A stretch of 23,319 nucleotides of DNA from a virus (IMGVR_UViG_3300009095_001812:184990-208308); one strand, 5' to 3'. Numbered from the stretch's first letter, positions 13,370 through 22,333 are shown. Notes: generated by a model not told the origin, from the sequence alone. Made by a program: numbers and translations.

Positions 13370-13483
13370 CTATCCCGCTAGAACAATCGCCAAACCGAGC
13401 CCAATTGCAACCGAGGACCCAACCCATACCATACCCGATCCGGGTAAGTTGTCAAGTCCAAAATATTCCCGTAATATAGGCAT
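13370..13483 (-). CDS. Small single-TM peptide (37 aa)
   Basis: MPILREYFGLDNLPGSGMVWVGSSVAIGLGLAIVLAG, manually translated. Confidence 0.3.
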   Translation of the reverse strand: MPILREYFGLDNLPGSGMVWVGSSVAIGLGLAIVLAG

Positions 13484-13499
13484 CCTCTTCTATTCTAGT

Positions 13500-14123
13500 A
13501 TGATAAAAGGATCAGTTGTAGTTCCCGGAGCGATCATTATGGTAAATAATGATTTATCTTCAACTACACAAAATCGTTTGGTGACACAACTTCATATTGA
13601 TGAAGCTATTACCGGTCAAGAATTTGACATCAGATTAGCTGGTTCTACCGATTATGCCATTGGTATAAGAATTCTTGGAAGAAGACTTCTAGTTATTAGA
13701 GATCATAGAGATCAAACAAACAGACTAGAAATGGATATCGTTATGTTCGTGAAGAACGGTTTGATATCCGTAACAAAGAATTGCTTTGGACCTCCTGGGC
13801 AGACGTATCAACTCAGAAACATCTATTGGGGTGCTATTTGTATCTACAATACAGACATCAACAGAAGATGTTCAACGTGCTCTTCTTGTTCGGGCCCATC
13901 CTACACGTACTGTGATGGTTACGGAAGGTCTCCGTATTATCCAGCCATTTATGATCCTGCCTACCCAGCAGAGAATCATGCATATTGGCAGAAGAATCAA
14001 GGATGCTGCAATGGCTGTGGTGGTTGCTGCTCTGGCGATCCTAACTACCAACTATGTAGAAGATATCTTTGTAACTCAGAAGGTTGTATACCAGAACTTG
14101 ACTGTAGATTAATTAAGGCTTAG
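13500..14123 (+). CDS. Hypothetical protein with Cys-rich C-terminus
   Basis: 207 aa from ATG 13500; CSTCSSC and CCNGCGGCC clusters. Confidence 0.65.
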   Translation: MIKGSVVVPGAIIMVNNDLSSTTQNRLVTQLHIDEAITGQEFDIRLAGSTDYAIGIRILGRRLLVIRDHRDQTNRLEMDIVMFVKNGLISVTKNCFGPPGQTYQLRNIYWGAICIYNTDINRRCSTCSSCSGPSYTYCDGYGRSPYYPAIYDPAYPAENHAYWQKNQGCCNGCGGCCSGDPNYQLCRRYLCNSEGCIPELDCRLIKA

Positions 14124-14376
14124 GGCCTGGAAGTAAAGAATCTAATCTAGCACCGAGTTGATTTTCTTCTTCAATAATCTCTTGAAATAAATCACGAGCT
14201 TCTTTAAATCCCATACCGTGAGATAAAGTACCACTCTCCCTTTTGTCCTTCTTGTATTGAAGAATATAGTATTTATCTTCTTGGTAACCATAACCAAATA
14301 GAAATTCAACGTAGTTATCAAGTTTAGTTTTTTCTATTTTATATGGCCATAATTCATTTAAATGAATGGCATCCAT
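14113..14376 (-). CDS. Hypothetical protein
   Basis: 87-aa ORF. Confidence 0.55.
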   Translation of the reverse strand: MDAIHLNELWPYKIEKTKLDNYVEFLFGYGYQEDKYYILQYKKDKRESGTLSHGMGFKEARDLFQEIIEEENQLGARLDSLLPGPKP

Positions 14377-14378
14377 AT

Positions 14379-14945
14379 CTAAACTGGCTCAGGTTGTGCT
14401 GCTACGTCATCGGAACCAACCAACCGATCTTTGAGCATCATTTCTAAATTAGAGATAGTGTCTTCAATTTGTTGCGTGAACTTGGTCCAGAACAACCAAC
14501 GATCCTCAAATTTTTGTTGTTGCTCTTGGGGAACTTCAGACTTAGCTAGTTGTAGTTCATTGAAAAAATTTTCATTTAGATATGATCTCTTGTAGTTATC
14601 CCAAGAGTTTCTGACTTTTTGTAAGTCAGGAATAGATACATTCATATCTTTTTGATTTGTTAAGTTAAAATAGTACTGGCGTACATCGTTCTGTAAATTT
14701 CTAACTCCAGATTTTGATTCAGGACGAGTTATAGGGAAGCGTTCTTGTTCTTCCATCTTATCAACTTCTTGGACAAGAGTTGCAATCAACGCCTGGTCGA
14801 TCTGTGGGGTTGGATTGGCTACTCCATTAGGATCAGCAAGTTTATTAGACAATCCCAAGATTGTTTCCCAGGCCTGTAAATTAGCCGAGTTTTGAGCTAA
14901 TTTGTAGTACCAAGAAGCATATTTGAGGATCTTAGAAATATCCAT
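14379..14945 (-). CDS. Hypothetical protein
   Basis: 188 aa, helical; N-terminus MDISKILKYASWYYKLAQ. Confidence 0.7.
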   Translation of the reverse strand: MDISKILKYASWYYKLAQNSANLQAWETILGLSNKLADPNGVANPTPQIDQALIATLVQEVDKMEEQERFPITRPESKSGVRNLQNDVRQYYFNLTNQKDMNVSIPDLQKVRNSWDNYKRSYLNENFFNELQLAKSEVPQEQQQKFEDRWLFWTKFTQQIEDTISNLEMMLKDRLVGSDDVAAQPEPV

Positions 14946-14970
14946 ATTATAATATTGGGTTATTGCATAT

Positions 14971-14989
14971 GTCTCATCGTAATGAGCAA
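14971..14989 (-). CRISPR. Solitary truncated CRISPR repeat (hairpin handle only)
   Basis: 19/19 identity to the array repeat end TTGCTCATTACGATGAGAC. Confidence 0.65.
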
Positions 14990-14998
14990 GTGAGAATT

Positions 14999-15283
14999 AT
15001 GAAAATCAAGTCACATATTGTTTTGGGCTCTTTAGAAGCCATGGCTGACAAAACCGGAAAAGGCTCTTTATTTAGGGCTTGCATAGCATTTCAACGATCT
15101 TGTTCATCTGAAGAAATAGGAGATAAGATTGTAGGGCTTGGATACAGCTACATCTTAGGAAAAGATGTAATTCAACAAATTGATTCCATCTGTTCTGAAA
15201 ACGAATCATCAACAGGAGAGTTTAGAGAAGCTGTAAGAGCCCTACGCAATGCAATAGAAATGGCTAGTACCCGCCAGACTTAA
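14999..15283 (+). CDS. Hypothetical protein (94 aa; start MKIKSH)
   Basis: ORF between two solitary repeats, followed by a terminator. Confidence 0.55.
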   Translation: MKIKSHIVLGSLEAMADKTGKGSLFRACIAFQRSCSSEEIGDKIVGLGYSYILGKDVIQQIDSICSENESSTGEFREAVRALRNAIEMASTRQT

Positions 15284-15311
15284 ACCAACCCTGTCCTTTG
15301 AGTTGAAAACC

Positions 15312-15350
15312 GATACCGCCCGAGATGAGCCTCTGGGCGGTATCTTTTTT
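15312..15350 (+). terminator. Rho-independent terminator
   Basis: GATACCGCCC/GGGCGGTATC 10-bp stem followed by T6. Confidence 0.8.
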
Positions 15351-15450
15351 ACATTCAGGACAAACCTTTTCAGGTTCATCAGTTACCTTAGCCTGAACTT
15401 CCCACTTATGACTGCAAGATTTGCATGCGTATTCGTAAATCATTTTGTAC

Positions 15451-15487
15451 GTCCCATCGTAATGAGCAATATTTAGGTGTGTTCAAC
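15451..15487 (-). CRISPR. Solitary near-full-length CRISPR repeat (37 nt)
   Basis: GTCCCATCGTAATGAGCAATATTTAGGTGTGTTCAAC: one substitution and one insertion versus the array repeat. Confidence 0.75.
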
Positions 15488-15732
15488 AAACCCAAACTTG
15501 GACAAAAAACATATATCCGCTATTTGATTAACTTTACCTCACAAAAATCAGAGGAACAACATGCATAGCCGTTTACGTTTCGTCCCCATTTATTTGCTAT
15601 AAATGTATAACTTATTACAATATTTGTGAAACTCTCATGCTCAACATAAGTTTTTAGATTGGTTCTTTGACCATCAGTCAAGCATGAGGTTGTAAAAAAC
15701 ACAAAATAGCACAGATTATCAATTTCATTATT

Positions 15733-18234
15733 TTACATTTTCGTAGCTGCGAGATTCGCAAGTTCAGATCTTTCACCCTTGGAAAGGGTGAGATGTCCTA
15801 CCAACGGATGATCTTGGAGCTTCTCGACCGCAACGCTGAGTCCACAGTTGTTCTTATCCATATATGGATTATCAATCTGATCTGGATCTCCTGTAAGAAC
15901 AATCTTTGTCCCTTCGCCACAACGAGTAATAATAGTTTTTATTTCATGAGGACTTAAATTCTGAGCCTCATCAATAATAATAAACTGATTTGGTAAGCTT
16001 CTGCCTCTAATATACGTAAGTGGTTCTACACGAATAAGATCTTGCTGGAAAAGATCATCATACACAAGACCTGTTTTCTTTTTAGAACCACTAATCATCA
16101 TAAGAAGTTCTAAATTATCATATATAGGTTGCATCCAAGGATTCATTTTCTCTTCAATGGTTCCTGGCAAAAACCCAATATCTTTACCCATAGGAACAAC
16201 GGGGCGAGAAATTAAAAGACGAGAATACTTTCCATCTAAAACAACTCTTTGAAGACCAGCAGCTACAGCGAGGAGCGTATTATGTGTTACGATACAATCA
16301 TTTGTAATATATAAATGATCAGGGTGATCAATTAAAATACATTGACAGTTTTCAAATCCACAACTTTCAACACTTACTATATATCTTCTTGGTATATATT
16401 TAGTTCTATTTTTAACTAACGATGACTTTCTTTCAAGTCTAAATGGATTTATATTGTTAGGCAAAGATAATCGTAAACGATAAGATAAAAGCCCAGTTCT
16501 TTTTTCTTTGTTATAACTATATTTAGTTTTTCGTGTTGAAATGGACACTGTTCCACCAAGACTTTGAACTATCCATTTAAAATCTTGGGCTAAAAATGGG
16601 GATGTAGTTGTGAATTCAAAATCCTTACCAGTTCTAGAATCTACAGAACCATCAGTATCCATTAAACCTTGTAAAAGAGCAATCCTATCTTTTATAGAAG
16701 AATATTTATAATCATCAGGTATAAATTTTTCATGTGAAAACTTATTAATCAATCCGACTGATGTTAGATATGTAATAAAATTAGAAGAACTTACACGATC
16801 ACCGAAACTCCAATTAATATTTTTGTACAATGTTTTATTTTTTATAGATCTGTAAATTGAATCTCTATTATATCCATCTTTAGTACAATCTTGTATTCCT
16901 GTATATATTTTTTGTATAATTCCATTAATTGTTGACTTAATAGAGTGCCCATTTACAACTCTTTCAACACCAATTAAATCATAATCATATTTAGAGTGTT
17001 GAAGTAACTGTAATTGTGGTTTTATAGATTTATCAACTGCATTTTTCAATTCAAGATCTGATGTGCTAAAACCAAGATGATGTCGAAACGTTCCATCACC
17101 AATTAAAAGCCCAAAAACATAAGGGTCTATAATTAATTTTTGAGAAGCCATTTCAATGGGGTTTGTGATGGGGATACTATGATTTTTCTTTCCTCGGTAT
17201 AAAAGAGTTTTTCTTATTTCCTGAGTAGATCTTATTTGACCTTTGTTTTTTCTATCACGCTCGATAGATGTTTGAGTTTGCCAAAGATGCTCACCACAAG
17301 CAGTAGTAGAAGATCCATCACTAAAAGTAACACGAAAAACCTCTTTTGACCCTTGAGGAAAAACCCCTAAAATACAAGAAGATCCTCCAGAGGGTGTGCT
17401 AACAAGATCCCCAACATTAAGATCTCCCATTTTTACATAACCAGTAGGAGTTAAAACATCAGCAGTTAGTGGTTGGGCCTTACCAGTTCCTGCCATTCCA
17501 ACAAGAGTCATAAGCTTTACATCATCATCAAGTAACATATCAAGAGCAAACTGTTGCTCTCTATTCCTTGGTCTAATTCCCATTATTCCTTCTTTAGGAA
17601 CGTGTAAAGGAACCATTTTATTTTTTGATTTTAAAAATCGGCACAAAGCAGATTTGGATTCCGACTTGAGCATTACACAAGTATTATCAGCAAGTTCAGA
17701 ACTTTCAACTTCAAATTCTTTGGTAATAAATAATTCATTGATATCAGTATCTGAAGCTTGAATCTCTTTGTATCCAGATCTCATTCTATTTGTGTCTACA
17801 GAATTAGATTCATATGATGCTGTTTGTAAACCCAAGCTATCAGCGCGGATTCTTAAGTTGACATCCATCGTTACCAAAATGGTATTGAGTTCACTTTTAG
17901 TTTTGATATCTAGTGCCGATTGGAGTATCGCATTGTCCATGTTGTTTAGATCTATTGCGACTTTTGGTATCATCTTTTCGGTAGGAACATAGACGATAAA
18001 CTTTCCTCCATCATTGATGTCCACACCTTCTGCAAGGTGTCCGGAACATCTAAGGCCATCTATGAGTCTGCACGCTTCTCTCGAATTTCTTCCGCGTAGA
18101 GATTGCTCGTTTTTTAACTTATCAAGTTCTTCTAGAACGTATATTGGAATATATAAATTGTTGTCCTCGAAACTGAAAATGGATTGGGGGTCGTAAATTA
18201 AGATGTTTGTATCAAGAATATAGTTTTTTCTCAT
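15733..18234 (-). CDS. phoH: PIN-PhoH family ATPase precursor containing an intein (433 aa after splicing)
   Basis: N-terminal PIN (YILDTNILI); GMAGTGK|T P-loop; GFLPGTIEEKMNPW; YIRGRSL; IIDEAQNL; TGDPDQID. Confidence 0.92.
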   Translation of the reverse strand: MRKNYILDTNILIYDPQSIFSFEDNNLYIPIYVLEELDKLKNEQSLRGRNSREACRLIDGLRCSGHLAEGVDINDGGKFIVYVPTEKMIPKVAIDLNNMDNAILQSALDIKTKSELNTILVTMDVNLRIRADSLGLQTASYESNSVDTNRMRSGYKEIQASDTDINELFITKEFEVESSELADNTCVMLKSESKSALCRFLKSKNKMVPLHVPKEGIMGIRPRNREQQFALDMLLDDDVKLMTLVGMAGTGKAQPLTADVLTPTGYVKMGDLNVGDLVSTPSGGSSCILGVFPQGSKEVFRVTFSDGSSTTACGEHLWQTQTSIERDRKNKGQIRSTQEIRKTLLYRGKKNHSIPITNPIEMASQKLIIDPYVFGLLIGDGTFRHHLGFSTSDLELKNAVDKSIKPQLQLLQHSKYDYDLIGVERVVNGHSIKSTINGIIQKIYTGIQDCTKDGYNRDSIYRSIKNKTLYKNINWSFGDRVSSSNFITYLTSVGLINKFSHEKFIPDDYKYSSIKDRIALLQGLMDTDGSVDSRTGKDFEFTTTSPFLAQDFKWIVQSLGGTVSISTRKTKYSYNKEKRTGLLSYRLRLSLPNNINPFRLERKSSLVKNRTKYIPRRYIVSVESCGFENCQCILIDHPDHLYITNDCIVTHNTLLAVAAGLQRVVLDGKYSRLLISRPVVPMGKDIGFLPGTIEEKMNPWMQPIYDNLELLMMISGSKKKTGLVYDDLFQQDLIRVEPLTYIRGRSLPNQFIIIDEAQNLSPHEIKTIITRCGEGTKIVLTGDPDQIDNPYMDKNNCGLSVAVEKLQDHPLVGHLTLSKGERSELANLAATKM
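16279..17478 (-). mobile_element. Intein with LAGLIDADG homing endonuclease (400 aa)
   Basis: Starts AQPLTADVLTP in the Walker A, ends IVTHN before T; PYVFGLLIGDG and LLQGLMDTDG motifs. Confidence 0.9.
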
Positions 18235-18279
18235 ACTTCTTTATATATTTAAATATCCATAGGATCAGAGGAAGTATGA

Positions 18280-18439
18280 GTCTCATCGTAATGAGCAATA
18301 TTTGGTGTATTCAACACCCGATCCCGCCGCGCGCGCTGTAGCCTCCGATAGTCTCATCGTAATGAGCAATATTTGGTGTGTTCAACTCTATCAGATCTGT
18401 CTCTACTGCATTAGCTTCTTGGTCTCATCGTAATGAGCA
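18280..18439 (-). CRISPR. CRISPR mini-array: two 36-nt repeats, one 18-nt partial repeat, two 35-nt spacers; CasPhi(Cas12j)-like repeat
   Basis: Repeats 18280-18315, 18351-18386, 18422-18439; minus-strand consensus GTTGAACACACCAAATATTGCTCATTACGATGAGAC; orientation inferred from repeat homology. Confidence 0.85.
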
Positions 18440-18490
18440 GTTTCATCAAAAGTTGCGATTTTTCCAACCCTCGACCTGCTTATAATTTCG

Positions 18491-18498
18491 TATAAATA
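18491..18498 (+). promoter_or_regulatory. TATAAATA box (T4-late-promoter-like) immediately before ATG 18501
   Basis: Exact T4 late consensus, but short and expected by chance in AT-rich DNA. Confidence 0.25.
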
Positions 18499-18500
18499 AT

Positions 18501-18980
18501 ATGGATGTAAAGAAACTGACAAAACTAGCGGAATTATATTTCCTACATACAAAAGCACAGGTTGGCACTCCAAATATTACAATTCAGCCCGGAAGGCCTG
18601 AAACTAATTGTGCTGTAGATATTTTGAAACTATATAATCCATCTATGTTTATAAATGTTAAAGAGATTATTGTAGGTCCATCAGCTAATTACGGACATGT
18701 TGAATCGGGACCTGATAAAGATCCTTCAGTTATCTATGTGAACGCAGATAGAATTGTCTCTGAATCTGGAGGTCAACAAAGTGGAAAGGCCGCAGCTATT
18801 GCTACGGCCCAGGTTATTGCGCACGAGAAGGCGCACGTTGAGTCCTACGATCCCGCACAGGGTTTTATCGGCGGAGAGGCTCCAGCTGAGGCGGAAGAGC
18901 AGGCTTTTGAACAGTGGCTCCATTCTGGAGGAATGCTCCAGGTTGAGAAGCTTCCTTCTTATCAACAACTAAGTGGTTGA
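18501..18980 (+). CDS. Hypothetical protein with HExxH zincin-like motif
   Basis: QVIAHEKAHVE followed by a downstream Glu-rich helix. Confidence 0.6.
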   Translation: MDVKKLTKLAELYFLHTKAQVGTPNITIQPGRPETNCAVDILKLYNPSMFINVKEIIVGPSANYGHVESGPDKDPSVIYVNADRIVSESGGQQSGKAAAIATAQVIAHEKAHVESYDPAQGFIGGEAPAEAEEQAFEQWLHSGGMLQVEKLPSYQQLSG

Positions 18981-19128
18981 ACTTCAAAAGATCGGGATCG
19001 AAAACTTGCGAAATTTCCCAATGTAAAAATTCGAGTTTTACACACAGAAACACATTAGAAGAGACAAGTGGATATAGCTTTTGTATCAAATCATCAGCTA
19101 CGCGCCATAAATGATAATAGTAGTTCAT
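18865..19128 (-). CDS. Hypothetical protein (uncertain)
   Basis: ATGA-coupled to upstream ORF but overlaps the convergent gene by 116 nt. Confidence 0.35.
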   Translation of the reverse strand: MNYYYHLWRVADDLIQKLYPLVSSNVFLCVKLEFLHWEISQVFDPDLLKFNHLVVDKKEASQPGAFLQNGATVQKPALPPQLEPLRR

Positions 19129-19547
19129 TTGAGTGGTTTCGAATGACCAACAGCACCAGGGCCATGAACTATAGAAAAGCCCTCAACAGGAAAGTTGTGG
19201 TCTAAGATCTTTACATTTTCCGGTAAATTCTCTCTGAGTTTTCTTAGTTCTCCTCCAAGTGTCAAAGGATCTTGATCGGGAGCTTGACGTTCTAAACGTG
19301 AAAGAATTGATCTAACAGATCTCAAAACTTGAGAATCAGTATTATTTCTATCACATTGATCAGCCCAGTTCGAAGCAAAAATTCCTAGAACTCGCAATTC
19401 ATGCCAATTGATTTCGATAAGGAAATCCTCCTTAGGATCACAAGGCAGAGATACCGTATGACACTTGGGACAAGAGTCTGCAAACTCCACTTCCTCTATC
19501 GCAAAACGAGCACCACAATCAGTACACCATTGAACACATTCAGACAT
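19125..19547 (-). CDS. Hypothetical protein with N-terminal zinc ribbon
   Basis: CTDCG..CPKC. Confidence 0.65.
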   Translation of the reverse strand: MSECVQWCTDCGARFAIEEVEFADSCPKCHTVSLPCDPKEDFLIEINWHELRVLGIFASNWADQCDRNNTDSQVLRSVRSILSRLERQAPDQDPLTLGGELRKLRENLPENVKILDHNFPVEGFSIVHGPGAVGHSKPLK

Positions 19548-19550
19548 TAT

Positions 19551-20474
19551 TTATTCATCCTTTAGAAATTGCATTGCTATATCAGCGCCAGGAATATCAG
19601 ATAGTAAAAATATAGTGCTAACAAATATTAAAATCAAACCAACAAAAACGGTTGATATCTGAATTTTAGAAGATAGATCTAACTCCCAAAACTCTTTGCC
19701 TTTATCAGGTTTAGGTTTATTCCAAATATCTAAACAATAATCTTTCATGTAAATAAACATTGGTACAATACGATCAAACTGAAATCTAAATGAGAACCAA
19801 AGGGCTGCTACCAAACAGACACAAAGGGCCATTATTACAAATACAAAAAAGCTAACTGGTTTAATCTCCAACATCCCAATTATCGCTATAAACAGCAACA
19901 ATCCTAATTCGAGAGTTATAGATAGGTAGATAGCAAGAGCAAATCCAAATAAAAGAAATCCCAAACCTAAACGAGAATCAAAAGAGAATACAAGAGCCTT
20001 AACAACCCTTCCGCCATCTAGAGGATTTACGGGAAAGAGGTTGAAAAGGTTCACTGCACTTAACCAGCTTGCAGCTGCTGCCCACATCGCATTTTTTGTA
20101 ATGTAATACAAAATCAAAGGAGGGATTATAGTTAGAAGTCCAAAGATCGGACCCCAAAGAGCAACCCAAGCTTCTTCTCTTCCAGATCTAAATTCTTCCT
20201 CAGAAATAGCTGCACCACCAACAAGTGGAATGAAATAGAATCCTTTGGTCTTCAATCCATGCCAGCGCATAGCTGAAACATGACCCATCTCATGTATACC
20301 AATTCCAAACATGACAAGGAGCGCAAACTTCCATGTAAATATGAATGTATACGCTCCAAAAGTTCCAGCAGCCAAAATAAACTTGAGGGACTTAGCAAGT
20401 TTTAACAATGTTGTACTTACTTTTCCAAGTATAGCAAACATATTTATGTAGTTTGACTGAGCTGATGTTGTCAT
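19551..20474 (-). CDS. Site-2 protease (peptidase M50)
   Basis: IHEMGH, NLFNLFPVNPLDGGRV, multiple TM helices. Confidence 0.9.
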   Translation of the reverse strand: MTTSAQSNYINMFAILGKVSTTLLKLAKSLKFILAAGTFGAYTFIFTWKFALLVMFGIGIHEMGHVSAMRWHGLKTKGFYFIPLVGGAAISEEEFRSGREEAWVALWGPIFGLLTIIPPLILYYITKNAMWAAAASWLSAVNLFNLFPVNPLDGGRVVKALVFSFDSRLGLGFLLFGFALAIYLSITLELGLLLFIAIIGMLEIKPVSFFVFVIMALCVCLVAALWFSFRFQFDRIVPMFIYMKDYCLDIWNKPKPDKGKEFWELDLSSKIQISTVFVGLILIFVSTIFLLSDIPGADIAMQFLKDE

Positions 20475-21100
20475 GCTAGCTTAATTTCAGCTTTGATTGT
20501 TACTTCGAAATTGGGAATACGAATATGATTTGCCATTTTATGCTCAATAGCAGCTTGAGCAGTTAAGTACCAATCCGCATGAGATCTGTCATGTACAAGC
20601 TTTTGAAAATATCCTTCTGGGTGTCCACAATTATTATCCATGAGTTTATAAATCAAATTATTAAGACGTTCAGCTTCTGCTGAATCAGCCTTAATTTCTT
20701 CATTCTTTCCACGAGCCAAGGAAGAAACATCATGAATCATAACTGTAGAATACGGTGATATAAATCGGTAACCATCCATTCCACAAGATAAAAGAACAGC
20801 TCCACAGCTCATACTTTTACCTAGGCAAAGTGTTGCAATTTTTTTCTTGGATGATTTGATCAGATCTACCATTGGTAATAGTGAGTAAAGATACCCGCCA
20901 TAAGAATCAATTACAATTAATATAGTGTCTTGATCTGAATTCTCTGCATCGGTGAAATCAGAGTAAAACTTCTTTGCAGAATCTTCATCAAAATCATTTA
21001 CAAGAATAATTTTTGGTAAATCGATAAGCTCATCAACTTTACCAATGATGGTAGGATCTTTTTTAATTCGTGTAAAAATCAGATTGTTTTTGTCAGTCAT
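20471..21100 (-). CDS. clpP: ClpP-like serine protease
   Basis: IDSYGG, GKSMSCGA (Ser), VMIHD (His), DWYLTAQAA (Asp). Confidence 0.85.
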   Translation of the reverse strand: MTDKNNLIFTRIKKDPTIIGKVDELIDLPKIILVNDFDEDSAKKFYSDFTDAENSDQDTILIVIDSYGGYLYSLLPMVDLIKSSKKKIATLCLGKSMSCGAVLLSCGMDGYRFISPYSTVMIHDVSSLARGKNEEIKADSAEAERLNNLIYKLMDNNCGHPEGYFQKLVHDRSHADWYLTAQAAIEHKMANHIRIPNFEVTIKAEIKLA

Positions 21101-21563
21101 CTTTATCCGGAAGTAACTCTTTGAGAGTTTGAAGACGTTTCAATTGTTTTGGCGCTGTGCTTTTGTGCATGGGCCATGTAACAATTATCGTCTCACTTCC
21201 GGGCTCGACTTCTGTTAAACCAGCATCTCGGACAACGAAAACATCAAGAATTTCTTTAATCTTTTCAAAGTCTTTTGTCTTGGCTTTTAGAAAAACTTTT
21301 CTAAATGATTCGTTCATCCATTTGTTCGTAATATCCCTTTTCAACATTGGTTTTCCACCAGATGGCATGGGTTTACACAAATCGCATACTTTTAAATACC
21401 CAAAAATAAACATTTGAGCACCATGAGCTATTTGGGCTCCAATTTTACCAACACTCATTCCAATATCAGAACGTACAATGTAATATTGAACAATCGGATC
21501 TGATTGATCTTCCCTGATCTGGGCTAATTTTTCATCATCAAATGGATTTAGTTCTACCGGCAT
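21093..21563 (-). CDS. pth2: Peptidyl-tRNA hydrolase type 2
   Basis: VRSDIGMSVGKIGAQIAHGA; RKVFLK; DAGLTEVEPGSET. Confidence 0.88.
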   Translation of the reverse strand: MPVELNPFDDEKLAQIREDQSDPIVQYYIVRSDIGMSVGKIGAQIAHGAQMFIFGYLKVCDLCKPMPSGGKPMLKRDITNKWMNESFRKVFLKAKTKDFEKIKEILDVFVVRDAGLTEVEPGSETIIVTWPMHKSTAPKQLKRLQTLKELLPDKDD

Positions 21564-21873
21564 ATAAACTCTTTATATAAGTTTCATCAATTCCAGTTGC
21601 TATAAATTCTAAATCTGTACAAATATTTTCAACTGGGGTCTTTAGACTAAAAATATCTCTAAAGAATTTATTAGTTAATGAAGCATATTTCCAATTTACT
21701 TTATTTTTGAATTCTCTAATAAAGTCTTCAGAAAGTATTTGACAATATGAAATATAATTCCAATCAATTTTATCTTGGAATTCTCTAATAAAGTCTTCAG
21801 AAAGTTTTTGATAACGTGAAATCACACCCCAGTGTACATTGTCAGGGTTATTTTTTATTTCCTCAATATTCAT
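21538..21873 (-). CDS. Trp-repeat protein (23-aa LSEDFIREFxDK+DW repeats; start MNIEEI)
   Basis: 28-nt direct repeat at 21709 and 21778 (69-nt period). Confidence 0.65.
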   Translation of the reverse strand: MNIEEIKNNPDNVHWGVISRYQKLSEDFIREFQDKIDWNYISYCQILSEDFIREFKNKVNWKYASLTNKFFRDIFSLKTPVENICTDLEFIATGIDETYIKSLYAGRTKSI

Positions 21874-21874
21874 T

Positions 21875-22333
21875 TCAGTCGCTCCATAATTCTTTAGAAA
21901 GAGCTTCTTTCCAAAAATCAACAGATTTGTGTTCTGGAAGCTTCATAAGAATCATGTTTGCTTGATGAAAACTTTGAGCAAAAGAATCAAGATTAAACAA
22001 ACGTAGGCACTTAATAACTCTAGATATTCTTAACCAATTATGGTTTGGAATAGAATAAATCCAAGATCTATTTTCTAATAAAAAATCATAAAAGAATAAA
22101 AACGAATTTATAATTTTTTGCTGACCATTATTGTCAATAATGATATTGATATCATCTTTGGTAAGAATAGGAGCTAATTCGTTATAGTTAGATGTTTCAT
22201 TTAACGGAAACATCCACTGAATAAAATCATGGGTTGTTTCTAGATTTTCGTAACTAAACCGGAGATAATCATTCAACGTCCGGTTTTTGTTATCTATCCC
22301 GTCATGAAGGTAGAACTCAGTTATCGCTGACAT
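21875..22333 (-). CDS. Opioid growth factor receptor (OGFr) N-domain-like protein
   Basis: LETTHDFIQWMFPL..APILT and HNWLRISRVIKCL motifs. Confidence 0.8.
   Translation of the reverse strand: MSAITEFYLHDGIDNKNRTLNDYLRFSYENLETTHDFIQWMFPLNETSNYNELAPILTKDDINIIIDNNGQQKIINSFLFFYDFLLENRSWIYSIPNHNWLRISRVIKCLRLFNLDSFAQSFHQANMILMKLPEHKSVDFWKEALSKELWSD

Noticed and set aside
15733-18234. Large ORF beside the CRISPR array as a Cas effector
   Set aside because: It is clearly PIN-PhoH plus intein; no RuvC, Cas1 or other cas motif appears in any ORF of the window
18316-18421. Self-targeting of spacers within this window
   Set aside because: No match found by eye on either strand; a computational search of the whole genome is still needed
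21709-21805. 28-nt direct repeat as a second CRISPR array
   Set aside because: The 69-nt period is in frame and encodes the 23-aa LSEDFIREF repeat of the Trp-repeat protein
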